The notes beneath the pieces were generated by a model. It worked only from the letters and a program-made list of their open reading frames with translations. It made no database searches and was not told where the DNA came from. Shown in pieces: positions 48,910 through 62,000 of a DNA stretch of 64,000 nucleotides; the first letter of the stretch is position 1; each line of letters opens with the position of its first letter. The stretch covers positions 1-64,000 of the forward strand of contig JAAPAO010000090.1 in the NCBI GenBank assembly GCA_013115145.1, written 5' to 3'. This DNA is from Perkinsus chesapeaki ATCC PRA-425. Its lineage: Eukaryota; Protista; Perkinsozoa. A program made the translations under genes and the position numbers.

Positions 48910-50083
48910 TAGCGACATTCTTAATTCGCTCCTAAGTGCCTTCTAATGAGCTAATGCGTCGCCGCCCTTGAGGGTGTTCAAATATAAGGTATGTTCACAA
49001 TATAAGAGAGTATGGTACTACAAGCATGAGACATGTGAAGTTTCCCCCTTTATATTCAGTTTCAACCGTGCTTCCTGCTCCATTATCTGGCGTACACTAC
49101 AGCGCCGACCGACCAGTGTGACAGGTCGCAGCTGTCTGCGTATCTTTATTATTGTATATTCATTGGCACCATCTAAAAAATCTCTCTGTTGGTTAGTTAA
49201 ACTCACTTTAGCCATCCCAGCTACTATGTTTTGGTGCAGCAAAAACTACGTAATTTGTAACAGTGCAGTATTGGCGGCTGAGAGCTTGTGTTTGAGGGCT
49301 TCTAATGGTGCTGCTCCCTATTCTGTACCCTCTTTCATCAGAGAAGGGTTCCACGTGGAATCCTGTCCCAGTGCGCGGATCCAAGTCCGTGGAATGGGAA
49401 CCTGGGAGATCGTTACACTTTAACACAAGTAATTTCTCCAAGTTTGGAAGGGTCTACTTTCCAGCTGTGCGGACTTCAAACGTCTGCAATCCTTTCGCTG
49501 GTGTTAGTGTTAGCCTTGTTCAGATTTCGCGCTGTAAAAAGCGTGCGCCATTCCAATCGATTAATATCTCGCTCGGATTTCAGCTATTGTAATCGATTTT
49601 GTGCGTAGCTGCTCTAATTATCGACATCTTCAATTATCCATTAATGTGTACCGCACACTTCGACGATCCGCTTGCCGGCCTCTATGGCTTGCGTTGATTG
49701 CGTTTCTTGTCACAAGTGCTACACAGATTCGGAACGTGTTGTCCGGCTCCGATGCTTTGGCGTCAGCCGTAGTGTGTCCAAGTCTTTCCGAACATTTGAA
49801 GTGTTAATAATACCAGCATTCCTTCTCCATAGAGGCCCTTTTTTGAAGGGCATCTTTGAAGGCTTAGTTTTTGTGTGGTATACAGGAAGTTGCTACCGAG
49901 GGCGGACGGTGCGAGGTCGCCGTGACGCTCTATCTGCAACGTACAACGTTGATGAATGATGAGCTTTTAAATGATGAAAACTCAGAGGCTTCTCCTGATT
50001 CTCTATGACTGAGAGAAACTAAAATGGATCGATAGGACTGATTAAAGCTCTAACATCTTTTGGTAGCGCTTTTGGTTTTCGCT

Positions 50084-50757
50084 ATGTCAACGGGACTGAC
50101 CGAGAACCCCGCAACAGCACTTCAGAACAGTAGGGCGTTACCTTCGCACCACAAGCAGACAAACTTTTAGGCAAATCTGTTCCGGGCGGACTTCAGAATA
50201 ACTCGCGAGATGCTTTCTCTTCGTTCGCTCCTTCCGGCTTGAAGGTGAGTTGTTGTTTCTTGCTACTGACGAGACTGAAGAGTAGGGCAAACTGGCGTCT
50301 TTGGAGGACTTCATCGCAATGCAAAACGAAGAGCTTGCTGCTCAGAGGCAAGAGATTGAAGCCTTGCGGAACGACAAGGTTTGAAATAATAGCAGCGGTT
50401 GTGATAGAATAGGCACTCTTCAGTCGAGCATCGAGCAGCACTATCAGGGTCAGCTACAGGACCTCAAGAAGACCGTTGTTTCGGATGTTCAGAGAATGCA
50501 GGTCAGCACTTCTCAAGTGCCACGTGGCCGGCTTCAGGATTCCCTGTAGGATGAAGTGAAGAGGCACTTCAGCCATCAGAAGGCCGAGAACTCTAGGCTT
50601 CAGCAGCAGATCACAACGCTTAAAGTGAGCGGTGTATAGCGAGTCCAAGGGGGCGAAGGCTTGCTCTGGTTAGGGGGAGAAGACCTCCTTACAACAGCAG
50701 ATCCTCGGACTGCAGCGGAGGATCCAAGAGATTGAGGAGCAGATAGGCTCGGACTGA
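50084..50757 (+). CDS. Small coiled-coil protein, multi-exon
   Basis: Clean GT-AG exons: GKLASLEDFIAMQNEELAAQRQEIEALRNDK|..LQSSIEQHYQGQLQDLKKTVVSDVQRMQ|DEVKRHFSHQKAENSRLQQQITTLK|GEKTSLQQQILGLQRRIQEIEEQIGSD*. Confidence 0.8.
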
Positions 50758-50939
50758 GTGACATGACTTACAGTTATTCCTATGGTGTACGTAGACATGA
50801 TAGCAATCACGAATTAAGTTGTTGTTAAATTGCATAATAGTGTCTAGTTGTGTAGTCAACTCAAACAAGAGTATCGATATGAATGCAAATTACTGCTGCT
50901 GGTGGAGTTGTTTCATCTGCCTAATGTCCCCTGGATTCA

Positions 50940-52128
50940 CCCTCGATGTTCCTGTCCCTGAAAATAGCACAGTGGAGCGAGTAGGTTCGTGCCATTGGCA
51001 CCCTCACACCATCTCTGCTAGGCTGATCCGGTAGACCTCACTCCAGTGCATTCTAGTCCCAGGCTGAGTAGCTCTTTGGAACGCTGCATTCTGCGGTCAC
51101 CTGACTCTGGAGATGTAGGCGTTTCTGCGTTGCATTTCGGTTTCAACTGTGTCCCTAAGGTACTATTATGGGTATCCACACCGAAGGTCGCCAACAGATA
51201 CACTCCCCTGACGAAGGGCGCCCGAGACACTCCCTTGTCGGCAGAGCACACCCGACGAGGTAGACGGCAGTTTCGCGGTATTACTGTGAACTAGCTGATT
51301 CTCAGCCTCGACTGCTCCGGAGCTGAAGTCAATGATTGAGTTCGAGGCCGAAGTCATCAGTGAGCTATTTATGATTCATTGTAATTGAAAGTCACCGTTA
51401 AGGTCCCATGGCCAAGCGTAGGGCTGCCGAGCAGCTTACGATGATGCAGGTGAAGAGCTTCGCCCAGCGGTGTAAAGTAAGAGCCAGCCTGTACTCCAGG
51501 AATTTGGACGGTGAGCAGCAGCAGTGCTATGCCCTACACCCAGGGATTTGTTTCAGCCTTCTCTTTTTTCTCAGGAGAGCTATTTGATGCAGTCCGATCC
51601 AGGGGTTACTCAGAAGAGTCGTCGTGTAACTCATCAGATCAAAGCGAGTAACGTACTTCTATCGCCGCACGTATCAGATGACAATGTCCAAGGTGCCAAA
51701 GCCCGCACAGTGTTAGAAAGTGTTCAACAGCAGCACCTAGAATATCTGTTGCTTCTACTGCCGCTTCGTTTGGCTCGTGCGAAGAATCGGACGAGGGCGC
51801 TGACGTTTGCGTCGGGTTTAATGATTCCTCCGAGGCCCTTCCCGCACAGCAGCACTTCAGCAGAGAGGTGAACCACATACTTTGCCCGCAGCAGCAGCGG
51901 CCTTTGTTTCAGGCCCTTATTAGGACGACGATTCTTAGGTCGAATGCAGTTGATTTTACTCTCAAGTTCGCGGAAACGGTTGAAATTATTGAAAAAACTC
52001 TTCGACTGAAGTACAGTATCTTTCACAACTTGCCTATTGAGTATTTGCTGACCCAGGAAACCCACTCGGCGTCGTTCAGTTTGCGGATCTGCCGATAAGT
52101 GGAATACAGCTGATGGTGGCGAGACCAT
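50940..52128 (-). CDS. Hypothetical Ser-rich multi-exon protein
   Basis: Minus-strand ORF segments 51724-52128, 51639-51878 and 51166-51357 with plausible splice sites. No motif recognised. Confidence 0.4.
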
Positions 52129-52402
52129 CCAAGCTTGCTGTTAAAGTTGTCCTTTCTTCCTGTTCAGATGTTAAGATGAGAATCGAGGATACCCGATTAT
52201 GGCTAGACATCATCCAATGTGATGATGTTCCTGCTGCGTTGTAGTTTACTCTATTATTTACTGTACTTTATCATATCCTAAAGTTACCTCCTTCCATGAA
52301 ACCCTAGTCTAGCACTATTCACATGCGCCATTATCCTTTCGACATTGTTATTATTGCGTTATGATGTAGTGCACTCTTCCTAATCCGAGGAAGGTTACTG
52401 TG

Positions 52403-52459
52403 GTGGTCTGAGGCATAGTTATGAACCCGTGGGGCGTCGGTTCAAATCCCACGTCTGAC
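52403..52459 (+). pseudogene. Degenerate tRNA-Leu-like remnant
   Basis: D-loop-like GTGGTCTGAGGC, T-arm/B-box GGTTCAAATCCCAC and a 3' TCTGAC end typical of tRNA-Leu. The 5' acceptor strand and a paired anticodon arm are missing. Confidence 0.5.
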
Positions 52460-52501
52460 GATTTGACGCGTTGGATAATACTCTATTTCCGTATTCACCA
52501 A

Positions 52502-55500
52502 TCAAGACAGATTCCTTTGCGGACTTGAGTAACGCAATAGTAGACAGTACGATAGAGAAATGTGAACAGTATAGAGACAGCGGTAACAATCACGCAGATG
52601 CAACTTTAGCTGGACTCGGGGCGCAGGACAAGTCAATGCTTCGATACCTGCACATCCATAGGAAAGCTGACGAGCGGCTTGAACGTACTTTTCTCGGTAG
52701 TCTGGATCGTCCTTCAGCTGCCGAATGTATGCAATTGTGGCCGCCAGGTGAGCCTTAACAGCGACGATCCCAGCAGATGAGGAAGCCGATGAAGTGGTGT
52801 GCATCGTGCCTACGAGGGTAGGAGAGTCAAGGTACTCACTACGTAATCTTTAGCTCACTGTGGTTCTCGAGAAGGGGATTTTTGGCGTTTGAGGCAGCTG
52901 TGTTGGGGTTGGTCGATTCCATGGCAAACTTAACATGCTCCATACAGAGGGCAATCAAACTGTTAATATGCGAAGATAAGATCTGAGACACTGTAACAGT
53001 GGAATGGATTACTGCGGGACAACTGACCTGCTCGTTATTCTTGTTGAAGTAGAATACATAACGGTCAAGGACATCGACAAACAGCGACACGCCGGTCACC
53101 TCAGAGACGTCGATCTTATCCAGATCTTCTGTGCTAGAGTCGCTACCGAGTCCACCTGAGTCCAAGGTTCCACATTCCTCAGGTTACCCGAAGCCCTACT
53201 CTCCAGGATTCTCTCGGCAATCCTGAGGCATCGTTGCAGACACTCAAGCACTCGTCGGGAGTCCCAACGGTCTCGAGGAAGAACCTACCAGCGAAGCATG
53301 AACGTATCGGTGGAGGGCTACTCGTAACTTACAGGATTCCAAAACATATCGGCACAGCAGAGGATCTGGCGGCACTGATCAGACTTCCGCACCAACTTCG
53401 CAGCGTACTGCGTGATCTACAAAGGAAAGTCCGCACCGCTTGTAAGCGCATAACTCACCGTGGTTGAAGTGGCCTCGTAATCGTCAGGCGTCAGCGCCTG
53501 TCCCGCTGGACCAAGAAGAGCCCCGACCATCAATGGGATGCATGCCTAATGAGAGATGCTTTGAACTGCGGGACGTTGCTCATTGCTCGTACACTTTGAG
53601 AATCGGTGATGTCGTCTTCATACGTGGCCAGTGCCCGATTGATGAACTCGTAGCCGATAGATTCGAACGCTCCTTCACCATAAAGATTCGTTTCGACGTA
53701 TCCCGCAACCTGATCATTCTATCGTCCACAAGCCACCGAGAGCTCTCCAAGTACCGCTGCTGCGTCGAGCCACATCTTCAGCGTTTGCATTGCCGCAGTT
53801 GGGCCCCCTCCCAGCAAGCAGTGTGAGCCGTAGGCATCCAGAGTTTTATAAACCTGCGAACATAATAATTAGCGGAGCGACGCACAACTTTCCCGTACAA
53901 ATTGGAAGGCCTTTTTGGTGCTATTAAAGAGCCTTGTATGCTGCAACTCCAAAGTCCTAACTTTCGGTGCTAACTTCACCGCTCGATAAATGACGGGCAC
54001 CAGCGTGACAGTCTAAGCAGTAAAGTGCTTAGACAGCGTCTTAATCTCCATTTTACCAGTTTAGCTGGGCTGCCATGACCGAGGTGCTGACGCATCACAC
54101 TCAGAAGCTGCAGCTCGAGATCGGTATTGGCATCGCTCTCTCGAATGAGATGGCAAATCTTTGCAAGATTACACTGATCCGTGGCGGCTTCGGTAGCGTC
54201 CGTTGCTGAGAACAGGTAACACTCGGGACAGGCGGCCACGTGGTGACAGTACCATAGTCCTCGGAAATGAGCGGTCGCAATAAAGTCATGAAGCTCTGCA
54301 ATCGACTAACGTTGTCAATAACTTGTTTTTCTGGATGCTCGCACATGAGTAAAGCGTTAACCATGCCCACACCACAGTGAGCTTGAGTCTGAAGCGTCAG
54401 GTACCTTTCCGAAGCGACATGGAGATATGTTCGAGATGAGTAGGCTTACCGATACACATTATTGTAAGCATCGGAGAGGCAGTCCATGCAGCTGAGACCG
54501 AGCTCTTCGATTGGTCTAAGGGGGGCGGACAGATATAACGTGTTTGGTGAAGGTAGCCGCTGGCCTACTTGCTAAGGAGGTCGACCATACTAAAGCATGC
54601 TTTCTCATCTGGGCGGATCTTCACTGCTCCACCGGATAGTTGCCTATCTAGCATTCTAGCTAGTGCAGCATGGATAGACTAATGAGATATAACATTAAAC
54701 CAGTCCAAGCTGATACACTAGCAATAGGTTAGAACTTTACTACTCTACCCATCCAACATTACGGGTGAACTGCTACTAATCATCTATAATATTATCGCAG
54801 TCTTCAAACCGCCTCATGTACTAATAAGGCTACTGGCAGCAGCGCGAAATTGCACTGTGAAATGTAGAGCCGAGTCGTGGTATAAATTCCGTTATAGATT
54901 TATAACGAGAATTTAACATAAATTTATATTAATTAATAGTTTCGGGTTAATGAACACACACTACATTGACCGCGAGTGTGGGAGAGCGGAGGGAATGGCG
55001 TCGCTGTGTTCGCTGTTATTCGGCCACTACAGTACTTTTGATACTATTAGAGTGTAGAGACCAATTTCTAGGGGCGGATCTCTTCTAGATCGGATACACT
55101 AGAGGGAAGCCTCAAGCGATTACTAACTACCCTGTCAGCAAAACATTGCATCTCTAATGAAGGCCCTCTTCACTAGAAGAAAGCTCCGCTGGAAAATCAC
55201 AGGCAATCCCAAACGTTCGTTCCGCCCCGCCACCGCTTTTATAACCTGTAAATGGTCTAGCCTGTCAGGGTAGAGCGTGATCGTGAAGCCAAGATAAGCT
55301 CCCATTATATCAATCAAAGAGGCCAAGCTGTTGTTGTGACCCTTGCTGCCGCGCCCTACCACGCAAAACTACTACTCATGACTGCCGTCGCCGGGCAAAC
55401 CTGCCTTCTCCGTTCAGCTGACTGTCTGTTGTCACAGCTGCATCATTCTCACTTCTGTCAAGCATGCGATCAAGATGCGAGCGGAACAATTCAAAGACGT

Positions 55501-57145
55501 CCAGATCTTGGGGAACTGACCCAGGGTTCGAGGACACCTACGCTAGAGCTCTCCGGGCGACTTTAGCGAATATGATCCCTACATAAACAGCAAGACGGTT
55601 CATCAGATTCACTATTATTGGCTTCAAGTCCACAGCACCTACAAGGAGGACGCCATGCTGGATGATACGGGCAGAGCCACCTACTGTTGGTTTTGCTGCA
55701 AGTTGTGAGGAGGGAATCGAGTGTTGCGAGATGATACTCATCCGGGAAAACCTGATGCGAATGGTGAGCTGGTGAAGTTAGGATATGGCCATCGATTACC
55801 TGTATAATACAGTCCAGAAGGTATTGCTGTGCCATAGTATCTTGGCATGATACCACTTGATCCAGGAGCTTTGGTAGGACAACAGATACGTAGATCTAAA
55901 AGATAAAGAGGATGTCATCGCCCAATGTAGGGGTACTACATTCTTATCCATGCCGTCTAGTTGACTTAGCCGAATTAGATTGTTGCCAACCAAAACCCTC
56001 AAATCGTGTCGTTCCCTTTCGCGCCTTGCCCTGTCCCGTGCACTACCTATCAAAGCGGTCACTGCTATTCAACGAGGGGGTCAGCTACCTTGGTGGTTGA
56101 GGCGTATCCATAATCGATTAGCTTCCGTGAAGTTATTGAGGATGAAGTCTATGGCATCATACACATTACCGCCCTCAATCCCCTCGTACTGAAGTCACAT
56201 TGTATCACCAAGTAAAGTGCTATTCAAATAGTACTACCGGTGAGCCTGTATCTGGTAGCTTATCCTTGCAGCACTGTGATAGATAGTATCGAAGAAACAA
56301 TCCCCGTATTGGATGCTGTACGCCCTGAACAACAACTAGTACTATATAACATGGTTATATATACCACATATTGGAGGTTAACGAATTTAAGAGGCTCAAA
56401 GCCTTACCCTGATACCAGTGACCACGGAGCAACATTCTATCCTGCGATTTCCCTATATATGGTCTTCCGAGCCATAATGTGAGTATATGAAAGCCAGTAC
56501 TATGGGTCATCCCAAGTACCTTGCAGAGCTCAGTAAGGTCTGTGAGTATCTCCTTAGCAGGCGCTTCCTTGCTTTGTATGAAGCCGGCACCAACAGTAAT
56601 AAGCAGATATAGTCTCGGTATTATATTGCCTGAACAAGCCGCTTTCTGTTATGATCAAATTCGCAAGTGGTACGCATTCTGAGCTAGTTTGAATCTTTAT
56701 TACCAGCATGTTGCACAGACTCGTACAATGCAGACAACTTCATACCATGCCTTTGAGTATCTTGGAAGTACAGAGCCAAAGTTTGGAGCTCGGTGAACAC
56801 CTACAGCATAATTATTCAAGTCAACTTGACCAGCAATGGGATAAAGTCTATGCAGTATTCCCCCCTCCAAAACTGATAGAAAAACCGTATTTCCGCGGTT
56901 TATACCTGCATATATAGCTCATAGTAGGTCTTTGGCTCCAAGGTACCGGTTCTGAGCTCACATATCATATTAGAGGCATGTTTCAGTGTTTCCCGCATAT
57001 TATTGTTGGTGATTGCCCTAAGTGCAATAGGTGCTAGATGTGGTTCGGTTCATTACTGTTTCATAAGCCATGACTGCTCCTTAACAACCGCTGAGGCTTC
57101 CTCTAGTAGACGTTCTTGCTCGGAGTCTGGGCCCGTACTTCTCAT
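52502..57145 (-). CDS. VPS35: Retromer subunit VPS35 (many exons)
   Basis: [118 protein letters not shown] and [14 protein letters not shown]. The 3' end is approximate. Confidence 0.93.
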
Positions 57146-57455
57146 ATAGGGAAAACGAGGTAAAGTATCCAACAGAAGAGATATCACGACTTGAGCACAT
57201 GTAGAGACGCATTACGATCAAAATGGTAGTCATGAATCGCTTCGTTCCGCCTATTTAAGGCTCGAGGTCACCCGTGCATACGTGCAATACAAAGGCTAGC
57301 CCCCTCACCTCGCTACAATTAAATGTTATCTTTGGGCTGTCCGTGCAAGATGTAAAGTTTGTTAGCTTTGTGCCCTTTGTTTATTTCCCAGATGGTTCAT
57401 TTTTGCACTTTTGTATATTTCTCAATGATCTAGCATTTATTAGCTTATTATTATA

Positions 57456-58259
57456 ATGGCTGCGAATGCTGCCGCCCATCGCTATTGCACCGTCCCTAAT
57501 TGTACCAAGTATAGGCAAGGCGGCACTCTCTTTTGCATCTCTCATGGTGGTGGTAGACGTTGCCAGCATCCAGGTTGCCTCAAGTCGGTCTACGGCACTC
57601 TGACGTCACGGTAGTGTCCCTCCTAGTGACAGCCTGTTCATGTGGATGTCTTAGGTTCTGCTGTGCACATGGCGGCGGCCCTCGCTGCCAGGTCCCCGGT
57701 TGTAATAAGGGGAGCCGAGGCAAGAAGACAGGACTGTGCTTCAAGTAAGGAAGAGCCATGGAGTATCTTCGATCATTCAATCCCTTAGGCACGGTGGTGG
57801 GCTGGCTCAAAGGTGCCGTGCACAGGGTTGTAGGAGAGCTAGACTAAGGCGGAAACTGTAAGGATAGTTGAGTGTCGGTATATGGAATAGCATATCAGGT
57901 TCTGTGGGGAGCATGCTCATCTTGAAGAGCTGGATGCCGTCGTTAACAGTGGTAATACTGCAACATCCCCGAGGACGACTCCCTCTATGATGGTCAGAAG
58001 CATCTCGCCGCTGAGCAGCTGCCTATCGGTTATGTCCAGAAGTACAGAAAGCTCCAGTCCAAGTAGACTTGGAGATAGGATACCGTCACTTGCCTCCCTT
58101 GGCGGAGCCAACGTAGCTTGTTCTTCAGTGAAGGCGCTGAATGTGAAGGACTATAATAGGACTACTTCTGGTCAAATTCATTCAATAGAACAGGACATAA
58201 CCACTCAATGGCAAACATCTTATTATGAGATTGGTTTGGCTTTACTGGGTGATGTATAA
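57456..58259 (+). CDS. Protein with about 4 tandem C-x4-C...C-x2-HGGG zinc-finger repeats (WRKY19-like type) and a Ser-rich tail
   Basis: CTVPNCTKYRQGGTLFCISHGGG, RRCQHPGCLKSVYG|FCCAHGGG, PRCQVPGCNKGSRGKKTGLCFK|HGGG and RCRAQGC..|FCGEH. Confidence 0.8.
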
Positions 58260-59004
58260 AAGCATTATTGCTGTGCTGGCATCATATCCCTTGGTCAAGG
58301 ATATTAATAATCCTATCATACTCTTACCATACGTACCATACAAAGACTATCTTTGAAGATGGTTAGATTACACATTAGTATTTCTTATTCTGGGGTTGTC
58401 ATTGGTGCTTCCCACCATTATATACCACTTCTGCTGCAGTTGATATCGGCAGATGTGCGAACTCTTGGGTGTTGAAACCCTTTATTATTGATGGCGTCTC
58501 CTCCGTGCTTGACTAATCACGTTGGTTGCTGCTAGGTGACACTTCTGTCATTATTTTACCCGATCATAAGTATCGTTATTGCCGTATTATCTCGCATACT
58601 TTTCTTCTGCTTCTCGAGGTCGTGCTAAAGTGGGTTGGTTATCTAACAGTAATAGATCCACTAGTTGGTGCTCGCAATGGAGGGATAGTTTCACATTCTA
58701 CATGTCTTTTTGTTGCCTATAATAGGGGCGAAGTCTGGCCTTTGGTACAAGGTGGCCTGGTTCTACGGGAGAGCGGTTTAAGATTGGCACCAGTGATGAA
58801 GTTGTGGCCTGTGATGCATCGTCTTCTGCTGTATAGTCTGGTCTGATTGCCTCGAGTCTTAATGGCTTGTAAGGTGCAGATAGCAAAGTACATTTGAGAT
58901 GATGCTCGGAGCATAGCGTTGTAAAAAGCTGGAATTATATAGACGGGCAAATTTCGAAAGCAGTTCATCCAATTAGAAGGATCAGGCCTGGTAAGTAGTT
59001 GACC

Positions 59005-62000
59005 ATGACGGATTCATCATCAAAGGGAGGATCACCTCAACAGAGGAGGGGGCCTGTTAAGAGGGCTGGGATGGATATGAGCATGGATAAGACCAATGTG
59101 GTACCTCGGAAACAGCTATTGGCGTACGTCCGAAAGCAGAAGGTAATACTGAGGGAACTTTCTTAACTTGTAGTATTGTTATCAATTGGGTAACACTGCG
59201 CGATACATCCTCCAGATCACCACCGTTACTGGGGATGCAAAAGAATATCGTTTGGTCTGTTGTTTGGTACTGGTGCTATTGTTCAGGAAATCATGGTATC
59301 CTGCCAATACCTACCCTTTGCTGCTCTGTTCTGGGTGGCTTTTGTATTAGTCTCGGTAATAATAAGCTTATCGCCTTCGCATTAGATATCCTTTAGGTGA
59401 TGCATGGTTCAGTGGAAGTATCCTATCAAATGACCTCTAGTGTGGAGTCGATGGTAGAATCAGTATCATTTACAAGACCTGTAGCTCCTTCAAACGATAC
59501 TACCGGGAGTTCTCAAAGTACTAACAGAGATGGGGTCGGTCATTCTGTTCGTCGCATATCCGGAGAGTTGGACGCCTATGGTTCCTTGGTTGCATTGGGT
59601 TCCCACACTAACGGTATCTGCTCGTGTTGTCTTGGCATCACTTTATTCATTTATCATTCGTGAGTCGCCGTTTACAGCATAGCCATTCTCACTTGTCAAT
59701 TTCTGCCTTTTAGCGGTCCCTCAATGGAAGACAGGAGATGTAGGGAGTTATGATGACATCTGGCTGTGGCTGAAGGATGGCCTTTTGCCTGCATTAATGT
59801 CGGATGGTCGAGTTCGGTACTATAATGAGCTGGTGGGAGGAGTAAGTTACCGAGCTCTCACTGGTAACGGTTTGTATCGCGGTCTCGGCGACTAGCAGAG
59901 CTCCAGTTGAGGTAGACAGTCCTATATAGCATTTCACAACCTAATAGTCGAATCACCGGCAGTTGGGTGGGTACGGGTTCCTACTAGGAACTCCAAGCCT
60001 CACACTGTGGGGCATACGGTACCGTCTGTGTCGGGGGTCTTCGTCTAGAGCATTCTCGTACCTGTTATCGGCAACCTCTAGGCTAACACTCCCGCCATAG
60101 GTTCGCCTGTTGCAAGAGCGATCGGCTATAGAAAACTGCGATGATGAAGTTATGGGGCCCATTTATACGTAATAGTAAAATTCAGAACTCGCTGCTGCTG
60201 GGCACCTTCTCCCGTGTAGCTTCCCGGCAGACGAGGACTCAAAATGCCATCCACTCGCCAGTATATCTCGCCAGCCCATAGCCGACCAGGTCGGCAGATT
60301 CGGCTTCGAGCCATCGACAGAAGGACACTTCGAGTGGGGCTCTCCTTGCCGTTTGGTGGCCTATCGGGTATTGTACAGGTATTACATTGATGGCAGCCGA
60401 GGGTCGGACTCACTAAGGGCTGGGCAGGCGACTATTGATCGACTTGCGAGCGCTCAGTGGCTCGATTTGAGTGGGGAGCAATGGGCTGAGGCTGATAGGC
60501 CATGGATTACTCTGGCCATCTCTATAGGCACGAAGCTGGTCAAAGTCGAGGCAATTTTGTTTAATGGGGAAACTAACATGTTCCTTCATGTAGCAATATC
60601 ATTTGAAGTTCAACGAGGCGGTGCTATAATACCGAAAACAACGGCTCGAACTCTCGTTAGTAAGGAGCCTTCATCTCCTCTGACTGGGCCCACCATGTCT
60701 TCATTAGGTACGGTGTATAACAGCATGGCAGATTACGTCATCGATCTTATATGGCTCGTGCTTATAGCTTACTTAGTCGTAATACAACGGAGGAGGAGGA
60801 AGAGGGGGGCATTATGTGGCCGCATCTTGCTGGGCACTCGTATATCATCGGACGCAGTAGTTCTTCTATCGAAACCCGCCAGGCCAATTCTGTACTGTGG
60901 AATAGAACATTTTCCTTTAAGTGTGGCTATTGTTGCACGCAAAGTACTTGGCATGGGGGGAAAAGTGTATGGAGGATGTGGGTAGTCGTATCGAGCAGCA
61001 TCAATTATTCCTGGGAGCGAGGGGGGGTCTCTCGTGTCATCCTATTCCGCTAGGATTTGTGTACGAGGGATGCTGCCTTGTCATTAAAATATAGCATACT
61101 TGAGCTCTGAGCTTGGTTTCGCCAAGCAGGAGGAAAAACTTCAAATGTTGATCAGATGAGGGAAGCTCACCAGATATATATGGTCCGCAGAATAGGAAGG
61201 ATAAGGTACTATCTCACGGACTTCTGGAGCTTTGTGGACTGGATGACAATTTTCGGCGGAATAGGAGGTAGTCCATCCCCGGATTTGAACCTGGGTCGTT
61301 TGCATGAAAGTTTGTCGTAACTTTCAGTTGGTATATTCTATGCGTATCTCGCTCAACGTGTGAGCGCTGTGAAAGAGGATATAGTAGAAATATCCGACCT
61401 CGGAGACACCATATCACCGTAAGGCGACGGCCATCCGGACCTCGCAGGAGCGATCTTTGACCATGGCTTGGTCCTGCTGCTGCTGCTTATACTTTGGGTC
61501 GTTGTAGGTCGGAGCTGGACAGCCTCACCCCAACCGTGTACACCATCGCCTACTATGAACGGTGATAGGCAGTGCAAGTACTATCTTGCCTTTGTAGCTT
61601 CCTATTGCAGATGGAACACTGTATACGATAGCTTGAACACGATCATCTCGCACCAAGTCTATCACAGACTACTTATGTTTTGGTATGTCATCATATGCCC
61701 TTCCTTGCCAATACCTTGATCTTTCTATAGGTACACCATAGTCAACATGCTCCGCTTCTTCCGAGCTTTCCGGTCTGTTGAGGTTTCTCTCATTTTCCTT
61801 GGTAGCGGTGTTACCTTTTCAGGGGTCAACCTCGTCTGGCAGTTATTACTGATACGATGAAGCGTGCTTGGATGGACGTCGCGTATTGCGGCAGCCTCGT
61901 AGTTTTCTGGTTCCTTTGTATCATTCAGATACTTCCTGATTGTCTTCTGTACGGTCTTCTTCAATTTCGTCCTTGGCGGTGAGGAGACCTCCGGATCGCT

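Noticed and set aside
48968-49959. Cluster of short ORFs on both strands
   Set aside because: No coherent gene model or motif.
58300-58970. Possible small minus-strand gene
   Set aside because: Exon phases could not be joined convincingly.
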